From Candidatus Moraniibacteriota bacterium (GTDB taxonomy: Bacteria > Patescibacteriota > Minisyncoccia > Moranbacterales > UBA2206): 64,000 nucleotides of DNA. Within the stretch, counting starts at the first letter, position 1. The number at the start of each line of letters is the position of its first letter. Location: positions 236,589-300,588 of the forward strand of contig JAAXWW010000001.1 of the NCBI GenBank assembly GCA_013334765.1, read 5' to 3'. The translations under genes were made by a program, and so were the position numbers. This document shows, piece by piece, positions 29,199 through 39,016 of this stretch. The notes under the pieces were generated by a model. That model did no database searches, was not told the DNA's origin, and was given only the letters and a program-made list of their open reading frames with translations.

Positions 29199-31259
29199 AT
29201 GGATCTTCAAAAACTGTTCAATCCCTCGTCTATCGCGATAGTCGGCGCGTCTGAGGAGGCGGGGAAGGTGGGGAACGTGATCGCGAAAAATGTCCTGGAG
29301 CTGGGATACGCGGGAAAGGTTTTCCTGGTCAATCCGAAATATGACGAGCTTTTCGGGAGGAAGTGCTATAAGAACCTATCCGAAGTTGAAGAACCGGTCG
29401 ATCTGGTCATCATTTCCATTCCGGGAAAATTCGTCGCGGCGGAGATCAGGAATAACGCGGATAGGCACAAGAACTATGTGATAGTCTCTTCCGGTTTTTC
29501 AGAAATAGGCGAAGCTGGAAAAATTCGAGAGGAAGAGATTTTGAAAATCGCGAGTGAAAACGGTCTTTCTATTCTGGGACCGAATTGTCTGGGGTTCATC
29601 GTTCCGCGTCTCAAGCTCAACGCGTCTTTCGCGTCGGGAATTTCAGAAGAAGGGAATGTGGCGCTTGTCTCGCAGTCCGGTGCTTTGGCGGTCGCCCTTA
29701 TGGATTCGGCGAAAGGAATGGATCTGAAATTTTCAAGCGTCATTTCCGTTGGGAACAAGATGCAGATATCGGAAACGGAACTGATGGAATATCTTGCTGA
29801 GGATGAGAATACGAAAGTCATCGCGATGTATTTGGAAGGGATAAAAGATGGAAAGAAATTTTTGGAAGCGGCGAGCAAGGTTTCTGCCAAAAAACCGATC
29901 GTGGTTTTGAAAGCGGGGAAGACCGAGAAATCGCAAAAAGCGATCTCTTCGCACACGGGAGCGCTCGCTGGAAGCGACGATATCATGGATGTGGCATTCA
30001 GGAAATGCGGAGTCTTGCGGGCGGAAAGCCTGGAAGAGTTTTTCGAGATCGTCAGCTTCATTTCGCTGGAAGGATTTCCGAAAAACGGCAAGGTGGCAGT
30101 CATCACTAATGCCGGAGGACCGGGAGTGCTCACGGCGGATGCCTTTTTAGGAAAGAGCGTTGCGCTTCATGAATTCGACGAAAAGACTAAGGAAAAATTC
30201 AGGAAGTTCCTGCCGGAAGAATCGTCGCTTGGGAACCCGATCGATATGCTGGGGGACGCGAAAGAGGATCGCTATCGGAAAACATTGAGCTTGCTGGATA
30301 AGGATCCGGAAGTCGGGACGGTTCTTGCTATCCTGACGCCGCAGGATCAGACTCCGGTCGCGAAAGTGGCCAGCGTCCTTTCCAAATTCAAGGAAAAGAG
30401 CGATAAGGTCATCCTGGCTTCTTTCATCGGAGGGGAACGTATAAAAAAAGGCCTTAAGAAATTGTCGGATAATGGCGTTCCTCAGTTTTCTTTTCCGGAA
30501 AACGCGGTGAAGGCTTTGGACGCGGCATATAGCTGGAGCCTTGGGCGAAACGGATATGTTCCAGCGGATGGAAAGGAAAATACTGAGAGGAAAGAGAAAG
30601 CGCTTTTGGTCATAAGGAACGCCAAGCATGAAGGCCGGAATGCTCTTTTCTTTTCCGAAGCGAAGGAAATCATGGAGATGTATGGGGTGAGATGCTCTGA
30701 TGCCAGGGAAATAGGTCCCGGGGAAAAGGAAGTCCTGATTGATTTTTTCCCATCGGTTCTCAAGGTCGATAGCGATAAGGTCATTCATAAGACTGATAAG
30801 AAAGGCGTTGTTCTGGATATCGAGAATCAGGAGAGCTTCGATGCGGCGGTCAATGATCTGCGGCGTGAATTCTATGGAGCACACCTAGTGGCTCAGCCGA
30901 TGCTATCGAAGGGAATGGAACTCATTTTCGGCATAAAGAAGGATCCGATATTCGGGCCGATCGTTATCTGCGGCCTGGGAGGGATATACACGGAGATTTT
31001 CAAGATGGTAGACTTCTTCATCCCGCCATTCGGCGAAGGGGAAATAAAGAAGCTGCTCATGAGCGGCAAGACGAAGTTCCTCTTTGAAGAAACCAGAGGG
31101 CAGAAGCCGTATGACATCGATGAGGTGGTCGGGATAATAAAGGGAATCGGTGATTTTTCGCGGGAGGTGGACGAGTTTTCCGAGTTCGACATCAACCCCC
31201 TTATTGTCTATAATGATGGAAAAGCGGCAGTAGCCGTGGACGTGAAAATAATTCTTTAA
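29199..31259 (+). CDS. Acetate--CoA ligase (ADP-forming), fused subunits
   Basis: SIAIVGAS CoA-binding domain, GPNCLG, SQSGA, SHTGALAG phospho-His, NAGGPG, C-terminal ATP-grasp (HKTD, DINPL). Confidence 0.93.
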   Translation: MDLQKLFNPSSIAIVGASEEAGKVGNVIAKNVLELGYAGKVFLVNPKYDELFGRKCYKNLSEVEEPVDLVIISIPGKFVAAEIRNNADRHKNYVIVSSGFSEIGEAGKIREEEILKIASENGLSILGPNCLGFIVPRLKLNASFASGISEEGNVALVSQSGALAVALMDSAKGMDLKFSSVISVGNKMQISETELMEYLAEDENTKVIAMYLEGIKDGKKFLEAASKVSAKKPIVVLKAGKTEKSQKAISSHTGALAGSDDIMDVAFRKCGVLRAESLEEFFEIVSFISLEGFPKNGKVAVITNAGGPGVLTADAFLGKSVALHEFDEKTKEKFRKFLPEESSLGNPIDMLGDAKEDRYRKTLSLLDKDPEVGTVLAILTPQDQTPVAKVASVLSKFKEKSDKVILASFIGGERIKKGLKKLSDNGVPQFSFPENAVKALDAAYSWSLGRNGYVPADGKENTERKEKALLVIRNAKHEGRNALFFSEAKEIMEMYGVRCSDAREIGPGEKEVLIDFFPSVLKVDSDKVIHKTDKKGVVLDIENQESFDAAVNDLRREFYGAHLVAQPMLSKGMELIFGIKKDPIFGPIVICGLGGIYTEIFKMVDFFIPPFGEGEIKKLLMSGKTKFLFEETRGQKPYDIDEVVGIIKGIGDFSREVDEFSEFDINPLIVYNDGKAAVAVDVKIIL

Positions 31260-31297
31260 AAGCGGAATTCTTTCTTTTCTGAGTTCCGAATAAAAAA

Positions 31298-31864
31298 ATG
31301 GACAATAAGAAATACAAAATCCTGATTGTTGATGATGGCGATGACGCGAGAACTATATACAAGGATGTCTTTGAGAAGGAAGGTTTCGATGTGGTCGAGG
31401 CTCTTGACGGAGTCGAAGGATTGGAAAAAGCGATAAAGGAAATGCCGGACGTCGTTTTCACTGGGATCATAATGCCGAGAATGGACGGATTTAGCCTGAA
31501 AGAGGAGCTTTCCAAGAACGTGGCTACTTCCAATATTCCGGTTTTCATGAATTCCCACATGGGTCGTGAAGAGGACAGGAAAAAGGCCCAGATTTCGGGG
31601 ATAAAGGATTTTTTCGTGGTAGGAATGATCACGCCAAAAGAAGTGGTCGTGAGGATAAAAGCCACTCTTGAAGGCGGGAACTATATGCTTAAAGTGAACC
31701 ATTCCGATTCTGACGCTTTCCGCCTCGTGAACGATCTTGGATTGGGCAATGGTTTTTCATGTCCCAGATGCGGAAACGAAATGGTCTTGAATCTGAAAAC
31801 TATCAGCCTTCCGAACAAGGAGTTTTCCGCCAAGCTGTCCTGTCCTATTTGCGACGGGAAATAA
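31298..31864 (+). CDS. Atypical receiver-domain protein with C-terminal zinc ribbon
   Basis: REC fold (ILIVDD) but VFTGIIMP at the phospho-Asp position; CPRC...CPIC. Confidence 0.82.
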   Translation: MDNKKYKILIVDDGDDARTIYKDVFEKEGFDVVEALDGVEGLEKAIKEMPDVVFTGIIMPRMDGFSLKEELSKNVATSNIPVFMNSHMGREEDRKKAQISGIKDFFVVGMITPKEVVVRIKATLEGGNYMLKVNHSDSDAFRLVNDLGLGNGFSCPRCGNEMVLNLKTISLPNKEFSAKLSCPICDGK

Positions 31865-31929
31865 GTTTTTTGCTGTCGATATCAAAAGCGAGGCAGGTTC
31901 GTGTTTCTGTGCCTCGTCTCTTTTCGCTC

Positions 31930-32077
31930 AGGACTTATGCGTTTGCCTCAGAAACCTTTTAAATCGCGAGGCTATTCGCGATCTGTCCGGGTTATATATG
32001 GTTTTATCTTGACTTTCCAGAAATTGCTTTCTGTTTCTGGCTAGAGAAAAGGTTTTTTCAGCAAACGCATAAGTCCT
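31930..32077 (+). repeat. Family A structured intergenic repeat, copy 2
   Basis: Perfect 17-bp inverted ends AGGACTTATGCGTTTGC...GCAAACGCATAAGTCCT. Confidence 0.9.
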
Positions 32078-32111
32078 ATTTGTTATTAATTAATCCTTCA
32101 GGCTCAGCAGA

Positions 32112-33818
32112 ATGGATAAATATTGGAAAATAAGGAAAATAGCTGAAAACAGCCAGCTTACTAGCTTGGAAATCAACCCGGTCATCCGAGACTTGCTTTT
32201 GGCGCGCGGAATAGATTCGGGGGAGAAGATGGAAGATTTTTTTTCTTCGGATTATGACGATCTTCACGATCCGAGCGGTTTCAAGGGAATGAAAGAGGCT
32301 GTCGAAAGGATTTCACAGGCAAGGAAAAGCGGAGAAAAGATCGCTATTTTCGGTGACTATGACGCGGACGGAGTCACGGCAACGGCGCTTCTTTATGGGG
32401 CACTCAAGGATCTGGGATTTTCGGATATCGCTTACTATATCCCCGACAGGCAGCTTGAAGGATATGGAATGAATGACAAGGCGATAGGATTCCTTGCCGA
32501 AGACGGGGTAAAGCTGGTCATCACAGTTGACTGCGGCATAACCAACGTGTCTGAGGTTGAGAAGGCGAAAAGCCTCGGCATCGATGTGATAATAACGGAT
32601 CATCATAATATTCCGGAGCATCTTCCTGAGGCAGTCGCTGTCATCAATCCGCATATCGAAGATTCCGGTTTCCCCTTTCGCAATCTGGCCGGGGTCGGTG
32701 TGGCGTTCAAGCTCGCGACGGCGCTGTATGCTTCGATGGCTCCCTTGAAAATCGATCAGCTCAAATGGATGCTGGACCTTGTCTGCATCGGGACGATCGC
32801 GGATTGTGTCGAGCTCCTGGGCGAAAACAGGATCTTCGTCAAATACGGGCTTATCGTTCTTTCCAAAACCAAGAGAGCCGGCCTTCAGGAAATGTTCAAG
32901 GTAGGAAGGATCGATATCTCGGAAGACAACGTGCCTGACGCGCATCGGGTGGCGTTCCAGATCGCTCCGCGCATCAATGCTGCCGGAAGGATGGATCACG
33001 CCAGCGTTTCATATAAGCTGATCATCGAAAGCGATCCTGTCATCGCTCGCGACATGGCACTGGATGTCGAGAAGAAGAATCAGGAGCGGCAGAAAGTGAC
33101 CGGTCAGATCGTCAAGGAAATCGAGATGATCGCAACCAATTCTTTCAAAGACAAAAGGTTCATCTTCGTTGCCAATGAGCATTGGCCGGTCGGTATCCTG
33201 GGGCTTGTTGCTGGCAAGATAACCGATCAGTTCCAGAAACCGACAGCGGTTCTCCAGAAGCAGGACAAGGAATATGTCGGATCGCTTCGCAGCGTTCCGG
33301 AAGTGAATATCATGGACGCGCTTAGGGAATGCTCGGATATCCTCATCAGGTTCGGAGGGCATGCCCAAGCGGCTGGGGTGCGGGTGTCGCACGAGAATAT
33401 CGAAAAGTTCTATGAGCATATGTCAGAAGCGGTAGAGAAAAGAATGGCAGGGCGCGAAGCGTTTTCCTGCATAGATATCGATTCGGAAATAGACCCTGCT
33501 AGCATAGACCCACATCTCGTGTCTGAAATCAGGAGGATGGAGCCTTTCGGAATGGGAAATTCGGAGCCGGTGTTCGTTGCGAGAGGGATGACAGTGAAGG
33601 ATGTCCGTGTAGTGGGCAACGGCAGCAAGCATCTCAAGATGACGCTCGGCGCGCCAGGGAACGGGAATGTTTTCGATTCGATCGGGTTCGGATTGGGAGA
33701 CAAGTTCCCTTCCATTCCGATCGGCAGCTCGGTGGACGCGGTTTTCAATATCCAAGAGGACGGATGGAATGGGAACAGGAAAATACAGTTCAGGATAATC
33801 GATTTGAAAGTAAACTGA
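32112..33818 (+). CDS. recJ: ssDNA-specific exonuclease RecJ
   Basis: GDYDADG, TVDCG, TDHH, PRINAAGR, GGHAQAAG, EPFGMGN. Confidence 0.98.
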   Translation: MDKYWKIRKIAENSQLTSLEINPVIRDLLLARGIDSGEKMEDFFSSDYDDLHDPSGFKGMKEAVERISQARKSGEKIAIFGDYDADGVTATALLYGALKDLGFSDIAYYIPDRQLEGYGMNDKAIGFLAEDGVKLVITVDCGITNVSEVEKAKSLGIDVIITDHHNIPEHLPEAVAVINPHIEDSGFPFRNLAGVGVAFKLATALYASMAPLKIDQLKWMLDLVCIGTIADCVELLGENRIFVKYGLIVLSKTKRAGLQEMFKVGRIDISEDNVPDAHRVAFQIAPRINAAGRMDHASVSYKLIIESDPVIARDMALDVEKKNQERQKVTGQIVKEIEMIATNSFKDKRFIFVANEHWPVGILGLVAGKITDQFQKPTAVLQKQDKEYVGSLRSVPEVNIMDALRECSDILIRFGGHAQAAGVRVSHENIEKFYEHMSEAVEKRMAGREAFSCIDIDSEIDPASIDPHLVSEIRRMEPFGMGNSEPVFVARGMTVKDVRVVGNGSKHLKMTLGAPGNGNVFDSIGFGLGDKFPSIPIGSSVDAVFNIQEDGWNGNRKIQFRIIDLKVN

Positions 33819-33915
33819 CCGATTATGTTATAAGTTTAGGGAACTTGACAATTTCCTAGAAAATCATATGCTTTCATTATTCATGTAGTACATTAATAGA
33901 AAAGGAGGTTCTGCC

Positions 33916-34182
33916 GTGGCAAAGTTTTTTATTTCTCAGGCGATGTCGTTCGGTTTTGCTGTTCGGGAGAGGATGGAATCTGACGGTATGGATGTGGCGG
34001 AAGCCATGTTAGCGGTGTTAGAAAATTACAAGCAGTCAATCTCATACAAGGATATGGAATCTAGAAACGTTGTTTTCTCGGACGGAAGCAATGTTGTGTT
34101 GATGATTGAGAAAGAAGGTCTTCTTCTTTGTTGTGTCGGACCTGAACACAGCGGAGTGAGTGGCTATGTTGCTTTGGCATGA
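33916..34182 (+). CDS. Orphan hypothetical protein with own promoter, SD and terminator
   Basis: TTGACA (33845)/TATGCT (33867), AAAGGAGG before GTG, hairpin 34214-34246. Confidence 0.6.
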   Translation: MAKFFISQAMSFGFAVRERMESDGMDVAEAMLAVLENYKQSISYKDMESRNVVFSDGSNVVLMIEKEGLLLCCVGPEHSGVSGYVALA

Positions 34183-34316
34183 ATTTAACAAGAATGGGAG
34201 AGGGGCGGTGTATAGAGGATTGTTCAAGAATGGCAGTCCTCTTTTCTATGCGGAGAAACTAGGTCAAATCGGTCAGGGATGCTATAATATCTGCATAAGT
34301 ATCTGATTGTTTAGTT

Positions 34317-34748
34317 ATGGAAAAAATCGTGGTGTATACCGATGGCGGGTCGCGAGGAAATCCTGGTCCGGCGGCGGTCGGTGTTTGGATCGAAACGCTT
34401 GGGAAGAAATACGGCGAATATATCGGAGACAATCGGACGAACAATGAAGCGGAGTATGAAGCGCTCATTTTCGCTTTGAAAAAGATCAAGCAATTGGTCG
34501 GGAAAGATAAGACCAAAACGAAACAGGTAGAATGCTATCTTGATAGCGAATTGGTGGTGAAGCAATTGAATCATGAATATAAGCTGAAAGACGAGCGCAT
34601 CCAGGATTATTTCATCGAGATTTGGAACCTGATGCTGGACTTCGGCGGGGTGACTTTCACTCATGTCCTGCGCGAAAAGAACAAGGTCGCTGACGCGATG
34701 GTGAACGAGGCGCTGGACGCTAAAGCGAATCAGGGAAGTTTGATATAG
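34317..34748 (+). CDS. rnhA: Ribonuclease HI
   Basis: YTDGGSRGNPG, TNNEAEY, DSELVV, HVLREKNKVAD. Confidence 0.93.
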   Translation: MEKIVVYTDGGSRGNPGPAAVGVWIETLGKKYGEYIGDNRTNNEAEYEALIFALKKIKQLVGKDKTKTKQVECYLDSELVVKQLNHEYKLKDERIQDYFIEIWNLMLDFGGVTFTHVLREKNKVADAMVNEALDAKANQGSLI

Positions 34749-34763
34749 CTAGCAGATTTTCCG

Positions 34764-34889
34764 TGTCATCCTGAGGGGAGTGATCCCGCCTTGGCGGGAG
34801 AACGCAGTCGAAGGATCTGCTTGCGAATATTTCCCGGAGTATTTCGTGACAATATCTTTCGACTTCGCTACGCTTCGCTCAAGATGACA
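34764..34889. repeat. REP-like composite palindrome with nested mini-hairpin
   Basis: TGTCATCCTGAG...GTCGAAGGAT / TTTCGAC...CTCAAGATGACA with internal TCCCGCCTTGGCGGGA. Confidence 0.7.
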
Positions 34890-34931
34890 AAATATTTTTG
34901 GCCCCGAGTAAAAATTACAAGAAATAAAAAA

Positions 34932-36239
34932 ATGGCAAAAGCAAAAAAATGGATCGTTTGGGTTCTGATTATCGCGGCGGTTATCGGCGGGATTGTTTTC
35001 TATGTCAGAAGCCGCGCGCCTAAAACCTTATACACTACTGCTGATGCAATTAGGGGAACGCTCAATCAGACCGTTTCAGTAACAGGCGATTTGGTGGCGA
35101 ATGAGGAAATAACGCTCAACTTCGAATTAGGAGGGCGTGTCAGCAAGGTGTTCGTGAAGCCGAGCGACCAAGTGGCGGCAGGAGACAGGATCGCGACTCT
35201 CACTGACGACGTGCTCCAAAAGCAGGTCGATCAGGCCAAGGCTAATCTGGATCAGGCGATTGCCAGCGCGGGAACCAACAGCGACGAGCTGCGAGAAGCG
35301 AGAGTGACAGTGGATAATGCCCGGAACACCCTTGATCAGACGAAGGATCTCAATGATAGGAATATCAAAGCGGCCAAGAGCGCGGTTGAAGACGCGGAAA
35401 ATTATTATGACGATGCCAAGAAGCTGTATGACAGTTCGCAGACCCCGACCAACAAGCTCACTAGGACATCGGCTGAAAACGCGCTCAATAGCGCTGAGCA
35501 GAGTCTGAAAGTCGCCCAAGAGCAGGCTGATCTTGCCAAGGCGAATGCCGAAAACACGCTGAACAGCGCTGAGGCGCGGGTGAAAACTGTCGAATCCGAT
35601 TTCGCACAAGATTCGCGGGATGCTTCTGTTGCCGAGGCCAGGGCTAATTATGAAATGTCGGTTCTCAATTTCAACAAAGCGACGCTTGTTTCGCCGGTTA
35701 ACGGAATAATCACGGAAGTGAACAACAAGGAAGGCGAGGTTCTGGGAACCGGAGTCATCAAGGAGACTTTTTCTCGCGTGATGTCTTTGGATATGATCAT
35801 AGAATCACAGGTTCCTGAATCTGACATAGTGAAGATAAGGAACGGCGAACATGCCAAGATAACGTTCGATGCGCTTTCTCAGGATGATGTTTTCGATGGG
35901 GAAATCATCGAGCTCGATCCGGCTTCGACCACGATCCAAGACGTCGTTTATTATCAGATAAAACTCCGGATGAATACGGCTGATTCCCGCATCAAGCCAG
36001 GCATGAGCGCCAATGTCGACATAGCGACTGCCGAGAAAAAGGACGTGATCATGGTTCCTATGCGGGCAGTCAAGACTGACGATGCGAGCAAAAAGAAATA
36101 TGTCGATGTGCTGCAAACGGATAACACCACCAAGAAGGCATATGTGGAGACAGGGCTTCAGGGAGATGAAGGCATGGTAGAAATAAAATCAGGACTCAGT
36201 GGAGGAGAGAAAGTGGTGACATTCGTGGCTACGAAATAG
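34932..36239 (+). CDS. MacA-like periplasmic adaptor (membrane fusion protein)
   Basis: N-terminal TM, lipoyl halves (GRVSKVFVK, SPVNGII), long coiled coil, KPGMSA; start moved to ATG 34932. Confidence 0.92.
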   Translation: MAKAKKWIVWVLIIAAVIGGIVFYVRSRAPKTLYTTADAIRGTLNQTVSVTGDLVANEEITLNFELGGRVSKVFVKPSDQVAAGDRIATLTDDVLQKQVDQAKANLDQAIASAGTNSDELREARVTVDNARNTLDQTKDLNDRNIKAAKSAVEDAENYYDDAKKLYDSSQTPTNKLTRTSAENALNSAEQSLKVAQEQADLAKANAENTLNSAEARVKTVESDFAQDSRDASVAEARANYEMSVLNFNKATLVSPVNGIITEVNNKEGEVLGTGVIKETFSRVMSLDMIIESQVPESDIVKIRNGEHAKITFDALSQDDVFDGEIIELDPASTTIQDVVYYQIKLRMNTADSRIKPGMSANVDIATAEKKDVIMVPMRAVKTDDASKKKYVDVLQTDNTTKKAYVETGLQGDEGMVEIKSGLSGGEKVVTFVATK

Positions 36240-36336
36240 CTGAAAAATGCGCAAGTATTTTGGAAATAAAAAAATCCGCCGAAGTGCCACGATGATACTG
36301 TGGTTTCGGCGGATTGGTTAGGAAATGCGTCCCGGT

Positions 36337-36525
36337 TTATTGCTCCTTTTCGGGCTTGGGTTTCTTCAATGCAGCGGCGATTTTATCCGCTGCAAGGCAT
36401 ACCGCTCCGGAGATGGCAAGTACTCCGGTTGTTATGGCTATTCCAAATTCGAAGTTTCCTTTAAATATGACTGATGCCCCCGATACTCCCGCCAATAATC
36501 CAATTAAAAAAAATCCTTTGGACAT
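36337..36525 (-). CDS. Small two-TM orphan protein
   Basis: 62 aa; GAGGAGG SD; hairpin 36273-36315 downstream; inserted antisense within the ABC operon. Confidence 0.6.
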   Translation of the reverse strand: MSKGFFLIGLLAGVSGASVIFKGNFEFGIAITTGVLAISGAVCLAADKIAAALKKPKPEKEQ

Positions 36526-36607
36526 TGATTGGTCCTCCTCCAGTAGCTTTTAATAAACCTTAGTCAGCTTCCAATCTGACCAGGCATTATACTCTTTATT
36601 TGCCAAT

Positions 36608-37339
36608 ATGTCAAGTGCCATAATTCAAGCGAAAAACCTTTGCAAGACCTATTCATCCGAAGGGGTGGCGACTGCGGCGCTTTGCGGCGTCACTTTTTCC
36701 GTGGCCAAAGGCGAATTCATCTCCATTATGGGGCCGTCCGGTTCCGGGAAATCGACCTTGATGCAGATGCTCGGGATGCTGGATCGGCCGACAGGCGGAG
36801 AATATCTTTTCGAAGGAAAGAATATCAATGACTATACTGACGACGAACTGGCCAAGATCCGGAACAAGAAGATCGGGTTCATCTTCCAATCATTCAATCT
36901 TCTGCCCAGGACCAGCGTCTATGAGAACGTGGAACTGCCGCTTCTCTATGATGACGATCATCTGGAGATGAACAATGAAGAAAAGATTATGAAAGCGCTC
37001 CGGTCGGTGGGTATGGAACACCGGGTCGATTATCTTTCCAATCAGCTTTCCGGCGGGGAAAAGCAAAGAGTGGCGGTAGCGCGAGCGCTGGTTAATGATC
37101 CGGAAGTCATTTTCGCGGACGAGCCGACTGGCAATCTGGATTCCAAATCCGGTTTGCAGGTGATGAGGATCCTTCAGGAACTGAACAATCAGGGGCATAC
37201 GATCATCCTGGTGACCCACGAAACGTATACCGCCCAGCATGCCAAAAGGATATTGCAGGTCAAGGATGGAAAATTGGTCGGAGACGCGATCGTTACGAAC
37301 AGGCTGATCGCCAAGGGAGAAGGGGAGCTGTTGAAGTAG
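36608..37339 (+). CDS. MacB/LolD-family ABC ATP-binding protein
   Basis: [26 protein letters not shown]. Confidence 0.95.
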   Translation: MSSAIIQAKNLCKTYSSEGVATAALCGVTFSVAKGEFISIMGPSGSGKSTLMQMLGMLDRPTGGEYLFEGKNINDYTDDELAKIRNKKIGFIFQSFNLLPRTSVYENVELPLLYDDDHLEMNNEEKIMKALRSVGMEHRVDYLSNQLSGGEKQRVAVARALVNDPEVIFADEPTGNLDSKSGLQVMRILQELNNQGHTIILVTHETYTAQHAKRILQVKDGKLVGDAIVTNRLIAKGEGELLK

Positions 37340-37340
37340 C

Positions 37341-37370
37341 ATACTGTATACCGTATATTGTATATCGTAT
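37341..37370. repeat. Heptamer array, left arm of four-helix-bundle cassette
   Basis: ATACTGT ATACCGT ATATTGT ATATCGT AT. Confidence 0.75.
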
Positions 37371-37746
37371 GGAAAATACGAAAATAAAATAATTTACTGA
37401 TCTGAATGCATGGAAAGAAAGTCATAAGCTGGTCCTGATGACCTATAGGTATAGCGATAGCTTTCCTAAAAGTGAAATTTTTGGACTAACCAATCAGATC
37501 AGAAGAGCTGTTGTTTCCGTCGTGTCTAATATTGCCGAAGGCTTCAGCAGAAGCACAGTTAGGGATAAATGCCATTTTTATTCAATCGCGCACGGATCGT
37601 TAACGGAATTGCAGAGCCAGCTGATAATTGCAAGAGACCTGCATTTTTTAGAAAAAATCAATTTCGAAAAGCTTGCATCGCAAACCATAGAAGTCTCAAA
37701 GCTTATCAGCGGATTAAAGAGGATAGGAGGTGATACAAAATACTAA
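37369..37746 (+). pseudogene. Four-helix-bundle (23S rRNA IVP-like) protein with in-frame TAA at codon 8
   Basis: MENTKIK*FTDLNAWKESHKL...FPKSEIFGLTNQIRRAVVSVVSNIAEG...GSLTELQSQL; TAA at 37390-37392. Confidence 0.8.
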
Positions 37747-37767
37747 ATACGATATACGGAATACGAA
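37733..37767. repeat. Heptamer array, right arm of four-helix-bundle cassette
   Basis: ATACAAA ATACTAA ATACGAT ATACGGA ATACGAA, inverted relative to 37341-37370. Confidence 0.75.
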
Positions 37768-37770
37768 GCA

Positions 37771-39012
37771 ATGAAGCTATCAAGCCCGATCAAAATCTCA
37801 TACAAAAACCTGATGGCGGCCAAGTTCCGCTCGTTTTTGACTGTGCTCGGAATCATTATCGGAGTGGCTTCCGTCATCATCGTCATGGCGATCGGGGAAA
37901 GCGCCCAGCAGCTTATCATCGATCAGGTCCAGGGCATCGGAGTCAACCTGATCGGCGTGTTGCCTGGAGCGGCAAGCGACAAAGGCCCGCCGGCTTCGGT
38001 TTTCGGGATTGTCACTACGACTTTGAAAATTGACGACATGAACGCGATATTGGAAAAGCGGAACGTTCCCAATGCGGTGGCGGCTTCGGGATATGTCAGT
38101 GGCTCAGCCGTGGCCAAATACGAAAGCAATTCTCCGACGACCAGCTATCAAGGCGTGTCAGCCAGTTTTCCCAATATTGAAAAAGTGGAATTGGGAGCGG
38201 GACGCTTCTTCACTTCGGCTGAAGATTCCGGCTTGGCCAGAGTGGCGGTCTTGGGCGCTGCCAGGGCGGAAGACCTTTTCGGCAACCAGGATCCGATCGG
38301 CAAGGTCTTTACTCTCAAGGATACTAATTTCACAGTCATCGGGGTTTTCGACAAGCGCGGCTCGAGCGGGTTCTCCAATACTGATGAGCTGGTCTATATT
38401 CCCCTGCAGACAGCCCAGAAACTGATGCTGGGCATCGATTACCTGAATTTCATGCGCATTGAAATAGATTCTTCTGATAATGTCGATCGGGCGACGGCCG
38501 ATGTCAAGCTGACCTTGCGCGAACGCCATCGGATCGCAGATCCGTCGGACGACGATTTCTCAGTGAGAAGCACGGCTCAAGCGCTTTCGACCATAACCAA
38601 CGTTACGAACATACTTAAATATTTCCTGACCGGCATCGCTGCCATTTCCCTTTTGGTCGGCGGGATAGGCATAATGAATATCATGCTCATTTCGGTCCAG
38701 CAGCGCATCCGGGAAGTCGGCCTCAGGAAAGCGGTAGGCGCCAGGCGGAGGCATATCATCGTTCAATTCCTGATCGAATCCATATTCATCACTTTGATCG
38801 GAGGAATTATCGGGATCATCCTAGGAATAATGATAGCTTTTTTGGCGGCAGTCATCATAAACTCGCTCGGCTATGATTGGAAATTCATGATAACGGCAAG
38901 CTCTATCCTGGTAGCGACTTCGGTTTCCATAATCATCGGAGTGATTTTCGGGCTTTATCCGGCCAGGAAAGCGGCCAGGATTTCTCCGATGGAGGCGCTC
39001 CGGTATGAATGA
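37771..39012 (+). CDS. MacB-like ABC permease
   Basis: RSFLTVLGIIIG, ISLLVGGIGIMNIML, REVGLRKAVGA, PMEALRYE. Confidence 0.95.
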   Translation: MKLSSPIKISYKNLMAAKFRSFLTVLGIIIGVASVIIVMAIGESAQQLIIDQVQGIGVNLIGVLPGAASDKGPPASVFGIVTTTLKIDDMNAILEKRNVPNAVAASGYVSGSAVAKYESNSPTTSYQGVSASFPNIEKVELGAGRFFTSAEDSGLARVAVLGAARAEDLFGNQDPIGKVFTLKDTNFTVIGVFDKRGSSGFSNTDELVYIPLQTAQKLMLGIDYLNFMRIEIDSSDNVDRATADVKLTLRERHRIADPSDDDFSVRSTAQALSTITNVTNILKYFLTGIAAISLLVGGIGIMNIMLISVQQRIREVGLRKAVGARRRHIIVQFLIESIFITLIGGIIGIILGIMIAFLAAVIINSLGYDWKFMITASSILVATSVSIIIGVIFGLYPARKAARISPMEALRYE

Positions 39013-39016
39013 TAAA

